A DNA stretch of 62,962 nt, counting the filler, from Olpidium bornovanus S191 (lineage: Eukaryota > Fungi > Olpidiomycota), in NCBI GenBank assembly GCA_017911155.1. It is 33 parts of 33 records of this genome, joined end to end, with 100 filler letters (N's around TTAATTAATTAA, not from the genome) between each part and the next. Parts side by side here need not be neighbours in the genome. Positions count along the whole stretch, not along the records: positions 32,441 to 34,132 come from JAEFCI010005204.1; positions 34,233 to 35,516 come from JAEFCI010009365.1; positions 35,617 to 37,337 come from JAEFCI010012736.1; positions 37,438 to 39,040 come from JAEFCI010012289.1; positions 39,141 to 40,156 come from JAEFCI010002686.1; positions 40,257 to 43,430 come from JAEFCI010000465.1; positions 43,531 to 45,145 come from JAEFCI010008471.1; positions 45,246 to 46,656 come from JAEFCI010000546.1; 25 more parts are not named here. One strand, 5' to 3'. Under the pieces are notes generated by a model, which ran no database searches, had not been told where the DNA came from, and worked only from the letters and a program-made list of their open reading frames with translations. The translations under genes and the position numbers were made by a program. Of the stretch, positions 33,801-48,870 are shown piece after piece. Position 1 is the stretch's first letter. Every line of letters begins with the position of its first letter.

Positions 33801-36727
33801 CAGCGTCGATCCCCGCTGCAGAACTGCCTTATGACGGGGGGTGCTTTAGCCGGTTCGCGACTCCGCGGTGGATTTCTCGCCCGCTCCGTTCGTGTGCGGG
33901 GCCAACACGCTGCACACACGCGCTGGGCGCGCCCGCACGCAAACATCAAAAAGAAAAAGACCCCAGGAAATTTCGGGGATTGACGCTGGAGCCCGGGCTA
34001 TTGCCAAAACGCATGACCAAAAGAAGCCTGTGGAACTCGACGCCTTCCCGTTGGAAGCAGCAGTCCACATAGATCCAGACCGATTGCGACCCCCTCAAAG
34101 TACAGGTTTTCCGAGGAAACGTCCGTTGATGANNNNNNNNNNNNNNNNNNNNNNNNNNNNNNNNNNNNNNNNNNNNTTAATTAATTAANNNNNNNNNNNN
34201 NNNNNNNNNNNNNNNNNNNNNNNNNNNNNNNNCCCCCCCCCCCCCCCCTCCCCAAGGGGGCGGGGAAAAATGGGCAAAAAGGTTTTATTCTTTTTTTCCC
34301 CAACGGTGGGCCAATTTTGGCCTTGCGGGAACCGGGGATTTTTTTGATCCCCCCCCCCCCCCCCCCCCCCCCCTCCCGCCCCTTCGCCTAGATGCGTTTT
34401 GAGGAAAAAAAAAGCAAAAAAAAAAAAATTCAAAGATATGCAGAAATGAAAAAAAGAACGAATAGATTGAACGAACGAGTAAAAAAAAAAGTTGCAACGA
34501 AAGCGTGTGAGTAAATTGTCCGAGTTCCCCACGTGAATTGGGTCCAGTAAGGGGAAGAAACTATGTACGCATGGTTCGTCGACCTTTTCAGTAACATTGC
34601 TATGTTTCGACTGCTCTGGGACCTCTTTGTGCACCGTTCACCTGGAGTATGGCCATTGATGTACCACATAGTGTCTGAACATGATCCGTAGTAGGTCCAC
34701 GTTCCATCAATCAAAGAGGGATACACCTTCCATTCAGCCGCCCTCGTATTGGGCCACCTTCATTCCTAGACTTGGCACACCAGGGGAAGTGCGCGACATC
34801 TCCGGATGTAGTGAATGGTTTGCATCTGCAAGTTTACGGGCAACGCTAGAGGACGGCAGGTTTGAGCACGAGCAACCACACATACCATGGTCAGCCTGAC
34901 GACGACCAGAAGTCGCCGAAGTTCGAGGTTATCGCGACGTCTTCTGGCCTGCGGCATTGGAATGCGATCCCGCGCCAATTGCACCTCTGCGCGACATTGT
35001 TTTCCGGCGGGCGATCTCCCCTCGTAGATCCCACTCGCCCTTTCTTCATCCGAGGCACATGCCGCTTATATGGAGACGAACAGGACTAAGATAGAGACCT
35101 AATGCAGCGGCTAGAGGGCCTTTTAAAATAGTCCTTAAGAGATCTGCGGCCGCATTTGCAAGCCACATTGTCTGCGTGGAAATCCACTGAGGTGTACCTG
35201 CAAATGCAGACGTAACTGGCCCGGGATCTAGGGAGGAGAATGGGGAAAGTTCGGCCAAGGCTGTGTTTGGCGGTGTAACGCGTTTGCGCACGGCGGGAAT
35301 CTCGGCTTAGATAGATGGATCAATTATCAGACCATATTCTTCGCCGGTATTTTGTGCGGGCGTGTGATGTCCCTAATCACCGACGCAACCACTGCTGCCG
35401 TCGCCAAAATAAAATAAAATTCTTGCTGCGGACCACCTGGCCGCCTTCGGCGGACTTGCCTTTAGGATTTGGTGTCGGAATTCCGCCAAACCGAACTCGG
35501 CAGGCTGACAAAGGAGNNNNNNNNNNNNNNNNNNNNNNNNNNNNNNNNNNNNNNNNNNNNTTAATTAATTAANNNNNNNNNNNNNNNNNNNNNNNNNNNN
35601 NNNNNNNNNNNNNNNNCATGACACGCAATGGAAGCGGGAACGTCTGGTTTGAGATCCAAGTGAAGGTGGCTGTAACCGAGACTGAATACAACGACGGACA
35701 ACTGGCCATACATACCAATTGTCGGTATGGTCGTCTGTGCGCTGGCGCTCGCCTGGCCCTGGCAACATACGCAGCGCGCGGAGCTAGCACTTTCCTGGCT
35801 GCAGCAGGATCCCGAGGAGCGCTGCACCAGTGCACTCATAGGAAATCCGCACTCCCTGAGACTTATCACTGCTGTTCAAACCAGAGCTGGGCTGACACAG
35901 AGGTGCGCCAGGATAACAGGAACCGTTGCAGGCGCAACAGGAGCAGCGTTGGATCTCAACAGCGTTATCGCACGCCTCGGGAACTCGTGGGAATGATTCT
36001 ACGCGAACTGCAAGTCGTAGCTGATCACATCCGAGATGACCGTCGCAGTGATTCGAGGACAGTATATTCCCCTGCTCAACACGCGAACGAGTTTCTCCGA
36101 CGAGGCAATGGGACACTACGATTGCCACTCCGGACAGTCTGACACTGTAGACGTTGACTGGTCCCGAGTTGTCGTGATCAACGAGGACATCATTGCTGCA
36201 GTCGACAACTCGTCTGACTGACAGAGCCAGGCCACAATCGCGCAGACACGAACTGCAGCCCGAATAGAGTGAATTGGATGAAATGAAAAACAGCAGTGAT
36301 GGCAGCAGTCACCACCAATAGCCATCTCCAGACCCAGTACAGAAACTCTCACCCTAGTGCCTCAATGTGCAGACGCTGCACACAGAGTCCACTTGCCTAG
36401 TCCGTGCAGATGAGTTGTGCCGGGGATATGTTGGCTTGAGGCGTAGGTTGGCTTTGTTGCGCGGGTTAGTCGCCCTAACCCCCCTCCCCCCCCCGGTGGG
36501 ACCGCCCGAGGGGGAAAGCGCCCGAGGGGGACGCCAGTCCGGCCCGGGGGGCGTGCTGGGGCGGGCAGCCCGGCCGGAGGGGGGGCCCGAGCAGGCCGGG
36601 GAGGCCCCCCGTGGTGGCCCGTAAACCTGCCAAAAAAGAGAGGAAGAGAGAGAAGAAAATAAAGGTACGCCCCGGGCCACAAAATAAAAATTATGCGGGG
36701 AAGCGCGATGCCGGTGACGCAGAAGGA

Positions 36728-36792
<65 letters not shown>

Positions 36793-36808
36793 GAGAGAGA
36801 GAGAGAGA
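36728..36808. repeat. (GA)n microsatellite
   Basis: Directly visible. Similar AG/CT-rich tracts occur at 4960-5108 and 49830-50030. Confidence 0.9.
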
Positions 36809-37437
36809 AAGGCGGGCGTGCGCGATGGCGACAAGAGAGAGAGAAAGAAAAAGGAAAAGAGAGAAAGAAAAAGCAAGGGAGGGGGGGAGAGAGAGAGAGA
36901 GAGAGAGATTCGGGCGCGCGCGATGGCGGCAAGAGAGAGAGACTGGGGAGTGTCCCTGGCGTTATCTCTGATGGAGCGAAGCTCGCCGATGTGTAGCTAA
37001 TGTTTGGCTACGCCCGAGATATGGGGATGAGGGAATACCGGTCTGCTGAACCCCTGCATCCATACACAAACAAATCTCCAAACAACCGGCGGCCGTATTT
37101 GCGTCTGAAGCAGACAACGACGGCAGCGGTAACGAAGGCCAACCGGCAATCCTGCTGGGGCAGACAACAGTTTTCTGTTTATTTTTTGTCTGTGCAAAGC
37201 ATTTTCATTTTTGGTACTTCCTCAGGGAGGTCATTTTTCTCCAACGTTTTTTCAGCCAGGTTTGTTTTTTGGGCGCCGTCGTTTCTGCGTATCTTTGAAG
37301 GGCGGTGTTTTATGCGTAGAAACTAGGCGAAATGGAANNNNNNNNNNNNNNNNNNNNNNNNNNNNNNNNNNNNNNNNNNNNTTAATTAATTAANNNNNNN
37401 NNNNNNNNNNNNNNNNNNNNNNNNNNNNNNNNNNNNN

Positions 37438-37469
<32 letters not shown>

Positions 37470-37547
37470 GAACCGGGCGGCTCGGCTCGGCCTTCTTCCC
37501 CCCTTCCCTCCCTCCCCTCCCTCCCGTCCGTTCCGCACGTCGCCGCG

Positions 37548-39040
<1,493 letters not shown>

Positions 39041-42000
39041 NNNNNNNNNNNNNNNNNNNNNNNNNNNNNNNNNNNNNNNNNNNNTTAATTAATTAANNNN
39101 NNNNNNNNNNNNNNNNNNNNNNNNNNNNNNNNNNNNNNNNCGAGCCACTGGCGTTGTGACGGTCCGCATCCTCTACGACACGCGCACCCTTCAGGGAAGG
39201 GGTCCGGGGGAAGCCCGTCGGGGACGCGTTCAAGGGCTACGTCTTCCAGGCCGTCGGGGCCGGTCCTTCCGCCCCCGTTTACCTTGCTCACTCGCACATT
39301 TGCACACTACGTGATCTCCCTTGCTGGTAGCTGTTGTGCCTCCTTCCCTTGCTTTTCCCATCGCTTTCAGTTTAGTTTCGCAGCATACCCCCCCTCAGTA
39401 AGTGGGGAATGCCGTGAGGGGGCGGCTGTCGGGCAATTAATGTCCTGGGAGAATTATGCGCTTGGTGCGCCCCGGGGAATTTGCGCCGGGCGCGTGAGAT
39501 AGCCCCCCCCCTTCTTGTTTTTCCTTTCTGACTCGCGAAAACCCAAAACACAACAACAGAATAAAAAGCAACGTAGCACTCTTCGAAGGCGCTTGGCCAC
39601 CTCGCGTAAGACTCTCAGCCGACTAGTTTCGACCGCCTGCGACTGCGACGCCCTTCGAGTGGGCGGTTGGCTGCTCCTGGGGTTGGAGGGCGGTGTTGGG
39701 GAGCGAAGGGAGCGCGCCGAGGCCCGCGTCAAAGAGAGCCGCGATAACGGAAAGAAGACGACCCCGCTGTTCCGCGGGCACCCGTACCTACGGCGATCCG
39801 CACGCGTAAAACAGCCCATTGCTGCCCGCAATGTCGTCTTACATCAACCGCTCCATCGATCATCGCTGGGCGCCATGCTTTGGAGTTCTTCATCGTTCAA
39901 CAGGCTGGTCGCACCACGACGCTTCGCTCCAACGCCGTTTTCGATACGGAGCTCGCCTTGGGTTTGCCCAAGGGCTACAACGCTGTTCTTTCTCTACCGC
40001 CTTGTCTTCGCCGTTCGCGCGCTTCTGCCGAACCACTTTTCGTCGATTGCGCATTCCGCGAACGCTTACGCATTCCACTCGCCGTTCGCAAACCGTGGCA
40101 GATTCAAGGGTCAAATACACTCCTTGTTCTCCGCCTGACGCCGATCGAAAATTATANNNNNNNNNNNNNNNNNNNNNNNNNNNNNNNNNNNNNNNNNNNN
40201 TTAATTAATTAANNNNNNNNNNNNNNNNNNNNNNNNNNNNNNNNNNNNNNNNNNNNCCATGCGGGATTCCTTGCCTCCCGCCCTGGTCCCTTCAAAACTC
40301 GAAATCTCTGTGATGGCTGCTTTCGCGATCAAATGGGACGACAGTCTGCTAAACTATGGTGCGCCAAGCATAGACTCAACATTTTCGGACCCGAACGGCA
40401 ACCGCTACTCCTCACCAGAAAAGACAGATGTCTGGATTCCTTTCTATAAGAATTGAAGAGCTGTGTCCTGGAGAGATTGTATAAAACAGATCTCAGATCC
40501 CTCCGTGCAGTAACTAAGTCAAAGAAATCAATTCATCAATATTTTTGTCAATAAAATTTTTTTGTGGTATATTCGGGGGTTTAAATTTGACGGGATTGGC
40601 GGCAGTCCTATGCGGGCAGTCACTCTAAGTTTAAATCTAAACTCTAAATTTGCCAACAAACGGGTTGGTCTTCGTTCGATCCCAAGCCACGTTGGCCGCC
40701 ACGGGTATTTTCTCTCGCGGAAAACCCCCCGTACGGTGCAAAATCGATTAGTCCGGATCGGGTGGAGATGAAAGGGCCGCGCCAACTTTGACTGTTCGCT
40801 CGTTTCCGCGGGTGGAGGCTCCGCGCTTACCGGGTCACTTTCTGAAAACTTCCTTCGAAAGCCAAAACGCGCCGCAGCCCAGGCTCCGACTGATGTCTGA
40901 GCGGGCAGGTGATGCTTTGCGCGAGGCAGGACAGAGAATTGATCCCGGGGCGTCGTCGGGACGCCGCGGCTTCCGTCCGCCGGATTCGGGTTCAAGGTTT
41001 AATGCTGATGTCTCCGCCGCGGAGCTCGAGCTTCTCCGGGGATAACGCGACGTGAATTTGGGCGGCAACGGCGCGGCACGCTCTGAACTAATAACGGCCA
41101 CGTAAATTCTGTCGGGGTACGAGGCGCACTCCGCCGTGCGCTAGCCCTCTTGGCAGCAACGCCCGAGAGGCGTTTCGTGGGAAGCCGCGGAAAACAAAAC
41201 TCGCCCGATACACATGGTGGAACGGACTAAAAGGGCCACCCGCGTGCTCTGTTCGCCCCCTGCCGCCAGTCCCGAAAGAAGCTCCAGGTTCTCCCGGATG
41301 CCGAAACGTCCCAAAGCCGTCCGCGCGTTATCGTCAAAACAATTTCGCCCTTCTTTGAAAACTCGTTTTCCGGATATTTTTTTTTGCAAACAGGGGCATT
41401 CGCCCGATCGCGGTCGGCATCTTCTCGAGCTTCGAATTTTTTTGCCGAGTGAGTCGTCAGTAACTCGACGATTTTTTTTTTTTTTTGCCGAGGGAACCGT
41501 CAGTACCTCGATGATGGCAAATCACGTAGCCAAAAAAAGAAGTTCTTACAATTATACAAGGCATGCAGGCTCCGCGCAGCTGAATTAGGGAATTTTCGAA
41601 ATTTTTTAGCTTTTCTTCTTCTGGCCGATTGAGCGCCGACTCCGACTCCTGATGTCAGCCAACACCGTGGCAAAAACAGTAGGCGGGCAAAGAACTAGTC
41701 AGTGCGCTGTTCCCGCTGCACTAATCCGGGCTGGGGACCGGTCCAGGCCTGAAGACGCTGGAGCTGCATTAAAAAGCACACCTGTGGTCAACAAGGTGTT
41801 CGGCTGGCACAAAAGTGCCAACCAACAACGAATTAGGAACCGAACCAGCCCGGACTGCCCACCAGAAAGACACAAAGCCGCCACCGGCCAGTTTAGGGTG
41901 GAGCGCCCGGGATGGCCGGCTAGGCGTTGATCGGAAGTGCAAAAGATCGCTCGCCGGCCACGCGCCAAAATCCCGCGGAATTGCTGGGAAGAGCCGTCCC

Positions 42001-43139
42001 AGTTCGTGAGGTAATCGCAAGTCCAGGGGGGTAAACTCGTTACTACCGCAACAATGAAAACGCCTGGATCACAGGGTTGTTCTTCCAAAAACGGCTCCCG
42101 AGATTTAACGGCGGCACGGCGGTCGGATTGCACCTGGTTGAAGTCTAGTTGGCAGCACCTATCACCACCATTCGTCTGACCATCTGGCTGAACGGCTTTT
42201 TGATGAGATGAAAAGACGGTCGTCCTCTCGACGATGCTCCCTCCCATGTCTTGGACGGTCTGAAGCTGAGCAACTTTACGTACGATTGCTGCCGTCCAAC
42301 GCTACCTTGCATGTCCAGCCGATGGATGCTGGTATTTTCTCAGCCTAAAAGCGCCGTTATCAGCGGATCCTCCTTCAGTGTTGTTGACTAGATGCATCCA
42401 CAATGCACTATTTGGAATCGTAATGGACGACCGTGGAGAGCAAAACCATCCGCCACGTCGACCAGTTGAACAGCTATGGCAAACGGCAAAGAGGAAGATG
42501 CCACTGTCGATCCGGCAGGGAGCTTTGTCAGCTTTGTTAGAACACGGCGGCCGGCCGCAGCCGCCGCCGCCGCAGACGCAGCGCTCGTTGCCGACAACCC
42601 GCCCGCGAGCCGCGCGTCATTTCTGCGCGGCCCGGGCGTTTGCCGGAAGGGGGGGGGGAAGCCCCGCGCGGAAGCGGCAGCATCTCTCGTCTTTTTCTGT
42701 CACCGGCAAACTTGGACTTTTCGACGCGCGCCGCCGCGCCCGACTTCGTTCGTGCGGGGGTTTACGGAGGGAAGGGGGGGAAGGGGCCGGTTGCACCGAC
42801 GGGGACGGCAGGAGCAGGAAGGGCGACCGAAGATCGCAAGCAACCGCGAACATCCTGGGCCCGGGCCTCGCGCGCGCGGCGGTCTCTCTTCGTTTTGTTC
42901 GGGCGCAAGACGCGCCAACTCGATCCCGCCGAGTGCGTTCGCGCGGTTTCGTCGGCGCCCGCGCCCTTCCCTTGTTCAGGTTTTTGAGCGCCCCGCGCCG
43001 CGCGACGCAGGGAAAGGCGGTTGGTTCTGCCGCTGTAAACAACGCGCGCGCGCGCGCGCGCGCGGTTTGTTGCCTCCGGTAAAAAAAAAAATAATCTTCG
43101 CGCTACGCGGGGCAAAACGGCGATATGAGACCCAGGCCC

Positions 43140-43182
<43 letters not shown>

Positions 43183-43198
43183 CCCCCCCCCCGGGGGC

Positions 43199-43234
<36 letters not shown>

Positions 43235-43530
43235 GACGCCGCTTTGCACCTCCCCGTTCTCGGTTTTCCTCTTTCCGCCCGTGCCAGGGCAGGTTCCGCT
43301 CGACGATTCCATGAGGGGTATACAACAATGAGCAGAAGCTGCCTACTGAAATGGGAGGACTTGGAGCCGCGCCGCTCCTGCATAAAATAAGATGATTCGT
43401 TCTTTGTAGACGTATGTTCCCGTGTGAAGGNNNNNNNNNNNNNNNNNNNNNNNNNNNNNNNNNNNNNNNNNNNNTTAATTAATTAANNNNNNNNNNNNNN
43501 NNNNNNNNNNNNNNNNNNNNNNNNNNNNNN

Positions 43531-45050
43531 CATGATCCTGCCCACCTCGAACGGCGGGCGCGGGAACCCTCGGTCCGCAAACTTGGCCCGCAGCTGGTAA
43601 GTGCTGCGGTGTACGTCACCGGCTAACCAGGCTTTCGCGCCCGCAAGCAACAGTTAAAGCTGTCCTGGACGACCCGACGTGGAATACGCATTGGCCAAAG
43701 CGCAACCTACTGTAGTCGCCTTTCATTTCACCCGCTTCTGTCGATGTCAGCTCGGTTATTGCCGTGGTTTCGCCCGCCGCCTTTTCCACGCCGAAATTTG
43801 CCTGAATAACGGCCTCAAATCGAAAGCGCCAAAAGGCTTTGCGGACATAAAAATAAAAGTAAAAAAAGGACAACGGCGAGGCTTACCAAATGCAATCGTA
43901 TTTCCGCCACCTCAAGTTCCCACGGCGCCGTAGACTTGAGCCCGCATACAAGTAGTACGTGCTCGACCAAACCGGCGCCGTCCGGAAGGGCCACAATTGG
44001 GCCGTCTCCGGGGTCCACGCCCGTGATAAGATCGCCGCTGCAGAGGGGGTTCACTTCAAAAGTTGGTTCAAACGCCTGGACTACCGGGATGTGGAGTACG
44101 CGCTTTTTCTCAAAAGTATGGGACTGGCCGCCAGGCGGCGAGGCCGATTTCAGCTCGTAGCGGATCTGAAAGGTAAGGACAGGGTCGGAGGAGTCGCTCG
44201 TTTGCCACCGACGCCGTTTTGGGAAAGAACAATTCTCGCTCAGTCGGCCGACGGGGGATAACGTACAAGCAGAGTGAGAATGCGTTCCCCGAGCACATCG
44301 CCGCATCGCATGTACACGGTGCGGTCCAAAACGCCTCCGGGAGGAATGGATCCAAGCGGAACATCCGCGACGGCGTCGATCTCGGCGGCGTTTGCATTCA
44401 GCGCGAAAACGCCATCACCTTTGTCTGCGACAAGCACAAAAAAAAAAACAAAAAAAAACGTTCTCATTAGGCCGTGCTTGACCTGAAATATACAGGAACC
44501 GATCCGTCTTGCCCACCAGGCTTATCACCGCGCCGCACGTCCGCCTTTAATTGCACTTCGACCGGATCCTTTTCGTTGTTGCGCATCGTGAGATGTACCG
44601 CGTACAGCTCGTCCAGCATGGCGGGAGACGCGTGAGAAACGGACACTTCAAGCTTGGGCTCCACGTTCAAGATTCTGAAAAAGCGGTTGCGGGGCCGCGG
44701 CCGTCAGTGGCGTTCAGTTGAAAAGCCACGCACACCGATTTGCAATCCACTGCTTACGGAATGCTCGACCTCTCGCCCGTGCCGTCCAAAATAACGAACC
44801 TCGGAATCGCGCCCACTAAGTCCCAGCAAAGGAAATCAGACAGCGGTTCACCCAATTGACACGAAACGAAAACAGGGCCAGACTTCCGCAGGCAACGAAT
44901 GGTGCCCGCACCAGAAAACCTCGTACCTTCCGTCGGCCGTTCGAGCCACCGCCGTGGCCGGCGGTTATCTACTGGCTTCTCCCCGATCTTGCTAGTTAGA
45001 ATCACGTCCCAGTAAGAAGTGGACAAGACGGCTGACAACTGCACAATCTA
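43531..45050 (-). CDS. TRAPPC11: TRAPPC11 (Gryzun/Foie gras)-like C-terminal region, internal multi-exon fragment
   Basis: Exons EPKLEVSVSHASPAMLDELYAVHLTMRNNE, LGSIPPGGVLDRTVY, KKRVLHIPVVQAFE and LKSTAPWELEVAEIRL follow the order of the TRAPPC11 Ig-like region. Confidence 0.68.
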
Positions 45051-45376
45051 CGTGGCGGTGCGCGGATGAGTGGAGAGGGGGGAGGAGCCGAGAGGTCGCG
45101 ATAGCGGGATGCGGGGTGGGGGTCGGGCGGTGGGAGGGGGGCGGGNNNNNNNNNNNNNNNNNNNNNNNNNNNNNNNNNNNNNNNNNNNNTTAATTAATTA
45201 ANNNNNNNNNNNNNNNNNNNNNNNNNNNNNNNNNNNNNNNNNNNNCATGCCAATCGTTTCCGACCCCCCCCTTCCCCTCCAAAGATGGCGGAGCCGCAGG
45301 AAATACAGAATAGCGTCCACGCGGCACTCCATTACCTCCGGGGCCTTGACATCCTCGGCTACTGTGTCAGGTTTGA

Positions 45377-45426
45377 GGACGGCGTTGTTGATATCGTCTC
45401 CGGACGGCGTTGTTGATATCGTCTCC
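45377..45426. repeat. Perfect 25-bp tandem duplication (ggacggcgttgttgatatcgtctcc x2)
   Basis: Copies lie at 45377-45401 and 45402-45426. Confidence 0.95.
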
Positions 45427-46035
45427 AGGGCTTAAGGAATCCGTGTGACCACGGAGCTCCGTAAGCGATAAAATGCCTTTTTTCGGCCGTTCGGGCTCGG
45501 ATATGTTCAAAGCCGTTTGCAGCCGCGTGACCGCGACAGCGCTCTGCCAGGCCAGTACGTCCCATTGATATCCGTCGAGAAGACGTGAGCGGTGTTGTAA
45601 AATGCGGAGCCCACGGCGTGTTGGCCGACAGCTCCCCGCGCTGCACCTGTCCATCGGATTTCAAACGCGCTTTAAACGGTCTGGCGGAGCAGGAGAGCGC
45701 GCAGTATAGCCGGATCCGCAGTTGCAGCCGCCGCCGAACGAGCCGGAGCAGGAGCGTGACCAGGAGCACGAGAAGTAGCAAGAGCAGGGGCAGGAGCTCG
45801 AGCAGGCGCTCAAGCAGGGGCACGAGCAGGAACTTAAGCATGAGCACGAGCAGGAACACGTGCAGGAGCAGAAGCAGGAGTGCGCGCAGGGCAGTGGCAC
45901 GGGGATTGGGTAGGGTCGAGTGATAGAGACACGAATTGCACGCAGTACGTCTGAAACTTATCCCACCTTTTCCAGCCTGCTCCCGAGCTTCGAACTCTTA
46001 CCAGAGAAGAAGAGTTTCCTTCGAACCAGGGTGCC

Positions 46036-46655
46036 TTGCAGGTACGTACTCTGCGCGCAGTGAGAGTCAGTCCGGTTTTGCCCGGAGGGTATATTATGTG
46101 CTGTGCGCTGTTTGCAGAAACATCGAACCAAAGAGCTTTGTTTCCCCCCTCCAACGGCCATATCATACATCGAGACGCTCGACCGCGACTCTTTCCAGCA
46201 ACAAGCGGAAAGAGCCAGCAGTTTCCTCGAGCAGGCGAAAAACGCCGCGGGGCCGTTATTTTGCAGGCGCGCATCTACAACGCCACTCCTCTCCTGCAGG
46301 GAGCGGTCGACCTTGGCGGGGGGTCCCGCACTCTCGTCGCGTGCCTCGGGGCGGCGGTGATATCGGTTGCTGCTGCGGCCGCAATCAACGAACTGGTCTT
46401 CGCCGTCGACGTCGTGCAAAATCTCTGCGCGGTGGGGATCCATGTGTCGTGGTCCCGGCTGTCGTCAGAGCTGCACAATTTGTACAAGAAAACGACCTGG
46501 CCCGCCGCTCTCCGGAGAGCGCGCCGGCTCCACGGCATGCACATCCAGGAACCCGAAAACGGCAAGGCGTGGATCGACCACGTCACCGCGACGTTGAAAC
46601 GCGCGTACTTGGCGCATACCGGAAAACCCTTGTCGCCACAAGTAAGCGGGAAGTT
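46036..46655 (+). CDS. Hypothetical protein, partial
   Basis: A stop-free frame of about 200 codons runs to the contig end with globular-looking sequence (ARIYNATPLLQGAVDLGGGSRTLVACLG...AWIDHVTATLKRAYL). No family was assigned. Confidence 0.35.
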
Positions 46656-48329
46656 ANNNNNNNNNNNNNNNNNNNNNNNNNNNNNNNNNNNNNNNNNNNN
46701 TTAATTAATTAANNNNNNNNNNNNNNNNNNNNNNNNNNNNNNNNNNNNNNNNNNNNCATGATTCCGCCGCTTAAGCTTCCGAATCTGGACGGTGAGCTCA
46801 AGCTTCCGCGGTTATACACGCGCTGCGGAATGAGAGAAACGGCGCACTGATCAGTCGGATATTACGCGAACAGAGGAAAATGACTAGGATCTCAGCTCCC
46901 GACTATCAATCAAGTGGAATTCGGATCCTTTGCTTTTTGCCCACCTCCCGACACGTACAGCAATGCGGCTGGGAGTAACGGACGGGCCCACGTTCACACC
47001 CACACGGAGTCGGGGAGAACGAAAAAAGAGAAACATTTTTCCGCTAGTAGACACACCTCCAATTTGACTAAAATTTCACCGAAACGTGGAGGACTCTTCC
47101 TTCACGAGGCAGCGAGAATCCCTAGGTATGCGGTTGGCAGCGCGTCGCGTAGAACCGGCCGCGCCCGCGCCTTTCGTCTTTTTTTTTTTTTCCCTTCTGT
47201 TTTGTTCTTTGGGTTATCGGCGCGGGTGCCGGGAATTTCCCGGGTCTCGCACCTTCCCGTCTCCCTTTCTCCCCGCGGAAACGCGGAGCACCCCCGCGGG
47301 CGTCGCTTCCGCCTCCTGCCTGGAGATCTTGCGCGCGCGAGCGCGCGTCGTTCGATCTTGGCTGCGGTTTGGTGCTTGCGCCCGAAAGTACGAAGAAGAC
47401 AAGAAGACGTTCCGTCCCACAAGGGACACCCCGTCGCCTCATCCCACCTCTTCCCCCGTCCCCTCCGCCTTCCACTCATACCCCTCCCCCCCACTTCTTC
47501 GCGTTTGCCAAGTCGCGTTGTATTTCGGTTCTGAAAAGGAAAAGAAAGATTTCACACCGCCGGCGCGTACGGCGCGCAATACATCACGTGACCCTACAAC
47601 CCCCCATCCCCCCCCCCCCCTTGGTCCTTCCCGCGTCCCGGCGTGCGTCTTTTACGATGGGGCAACGCTGGAAAGAACAGAATGCGAAACAAAGCGCGTC
47701 GGTCGGCGGAGAGACAAAAACCAGCTGCTGTGGAAAGACGGTTCGAAAAGAGCTTTCTGTACAAATCCGGCATTTTTGTATCCGGCATGATATTTTGTGC
47801 GACTTGGTTCCGGAATGGCGCAAAACTCCGTGGAAAATGCAAAAACAATATAGATAACAAATTAGAACGTGATAAAAGCATAAAAGAAAAGGCAGGTGGT
47901 TTACTTTTTGTGAGGGGCAGCAGTGAGGCATAAGGGAAAAAAGGTCGGATGAAGCAAAACTTGCATTGCCCCATTATACACAACCAAAAAAAAAAAAAAA
48001 AAAAAAAAAGAGCGAACGGAAGGGGGCGCAGAAGATCCGCCTCGGCGGGACTGGGCAAAAGGGGCACATAGAGGCGTGCATGCCTCCAGGTACGGGATAA
48101 CCGATTTCGACCACTCCCCTTTATCAAAATTTCGGGACTCGACGAGCGTCTCAGCAATCGACGCCGCGTAAGACAACAGCGGGAAATAATAGCNNNNNNN
48201 NNNNNNNNNNNNNNNNNNNNNNNNNNNNNNNNNNNNNTTAATTAATTAANNNNNNNNNNNNNNNNNNNNNNNNNNNNNNNNNNNNNNNNNNNNGCCCCCG
48301 GGCGGGGGGGGGGGGGGGGGGGGGGGGGG

Positions 48330-48383
<54 letters not shown>

Positions 48384-48509
48384 CTGCGTCGGCGTCGCGG
48401 CCGTGGTCGGTTCCGGCGGGTCCCGCGGGCGCCGGAAAAGCGACAGCGGCAAGCGCGCGGCTCCCAGCCACCGCCAGCGGCAAGCCAACGCCCCTCCCTC
48501 CCCTCCGCG

Positions 48510-48544
48510 CATTCCGGGCATTCCGGGCATTCCGGGCATTCCGG
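48510..48544. repeat. Tandem 9-bp repeat (cattccggg) x about 4
   Basis: Directly visible. Confidence 0.9.
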
Positions 48545-48870
48545 CCGGCTGGCGGAACACACGCACCAGACACCCCCGCTCACGCACGTCCCATGCACAC
48601 AGACGGCAGACCGAATTCAAACGCCCTTTTGTATGTGCGCACGTTTCGCAGCAGGACGGGTGCTCAGCCAAGACAGGTCAGCATGGCTACGGGCAAATGA
48701 CGCGGTGTGCTGCACGGTATCAAGACGGGGCTTTTCGCCAAGCAACTGTTCATCCTGGCAGTGCATACGATTACAGGAGGACATAAACCATCCCTAAGGC
48801 AGGTTTTTTAGTTTGTTGAGAGGCAACATTTGCAAAAAGGACGCCTCAGAAAACAGTCCATTGTGATTGT

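Noticed and set aside
35617-36300. Cys-rich overlapping ORFs suggesting a secreted effector
   Set aside because: There is no consistent frame, signal peptide or cysteine spacing, and all frames are interrupted.
39200-39260. GDAFKGYVFQ resembling ribosomal protein eS6 (GDEFKGYVF)
   Set aside because: The flanking residues do not match eS6 and no further exons were found.
39956-40089. Two 7-bp hairpin stems (39956-39973 and 40058-40089) suggesting a structured RNA
   Set aside because: No tRNA cloverleaf or snRNA/snoRNA boxes are recognisable, and such stems are expected by chance in GC-rich DNA.
46330-46500. Resemblance to a class II aaRS anticodon-binding-like domain (HisRS/GCN2/PolG2)
   Set aside because: Only a loose pattern is present and the downstream part does not fit, so it is left as hypothetical.
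48082-48193. Minus-strand peptide LSYAASIAETLVESRNFDKGEWSKSVIPYL resembling the eEF3/New1 pre-ABC region
   Set aside because: The expected following exon (acidic stretch, C.FSLAYG, Walker A) was not found in the remaining 1.3 kb, so support is too thin.
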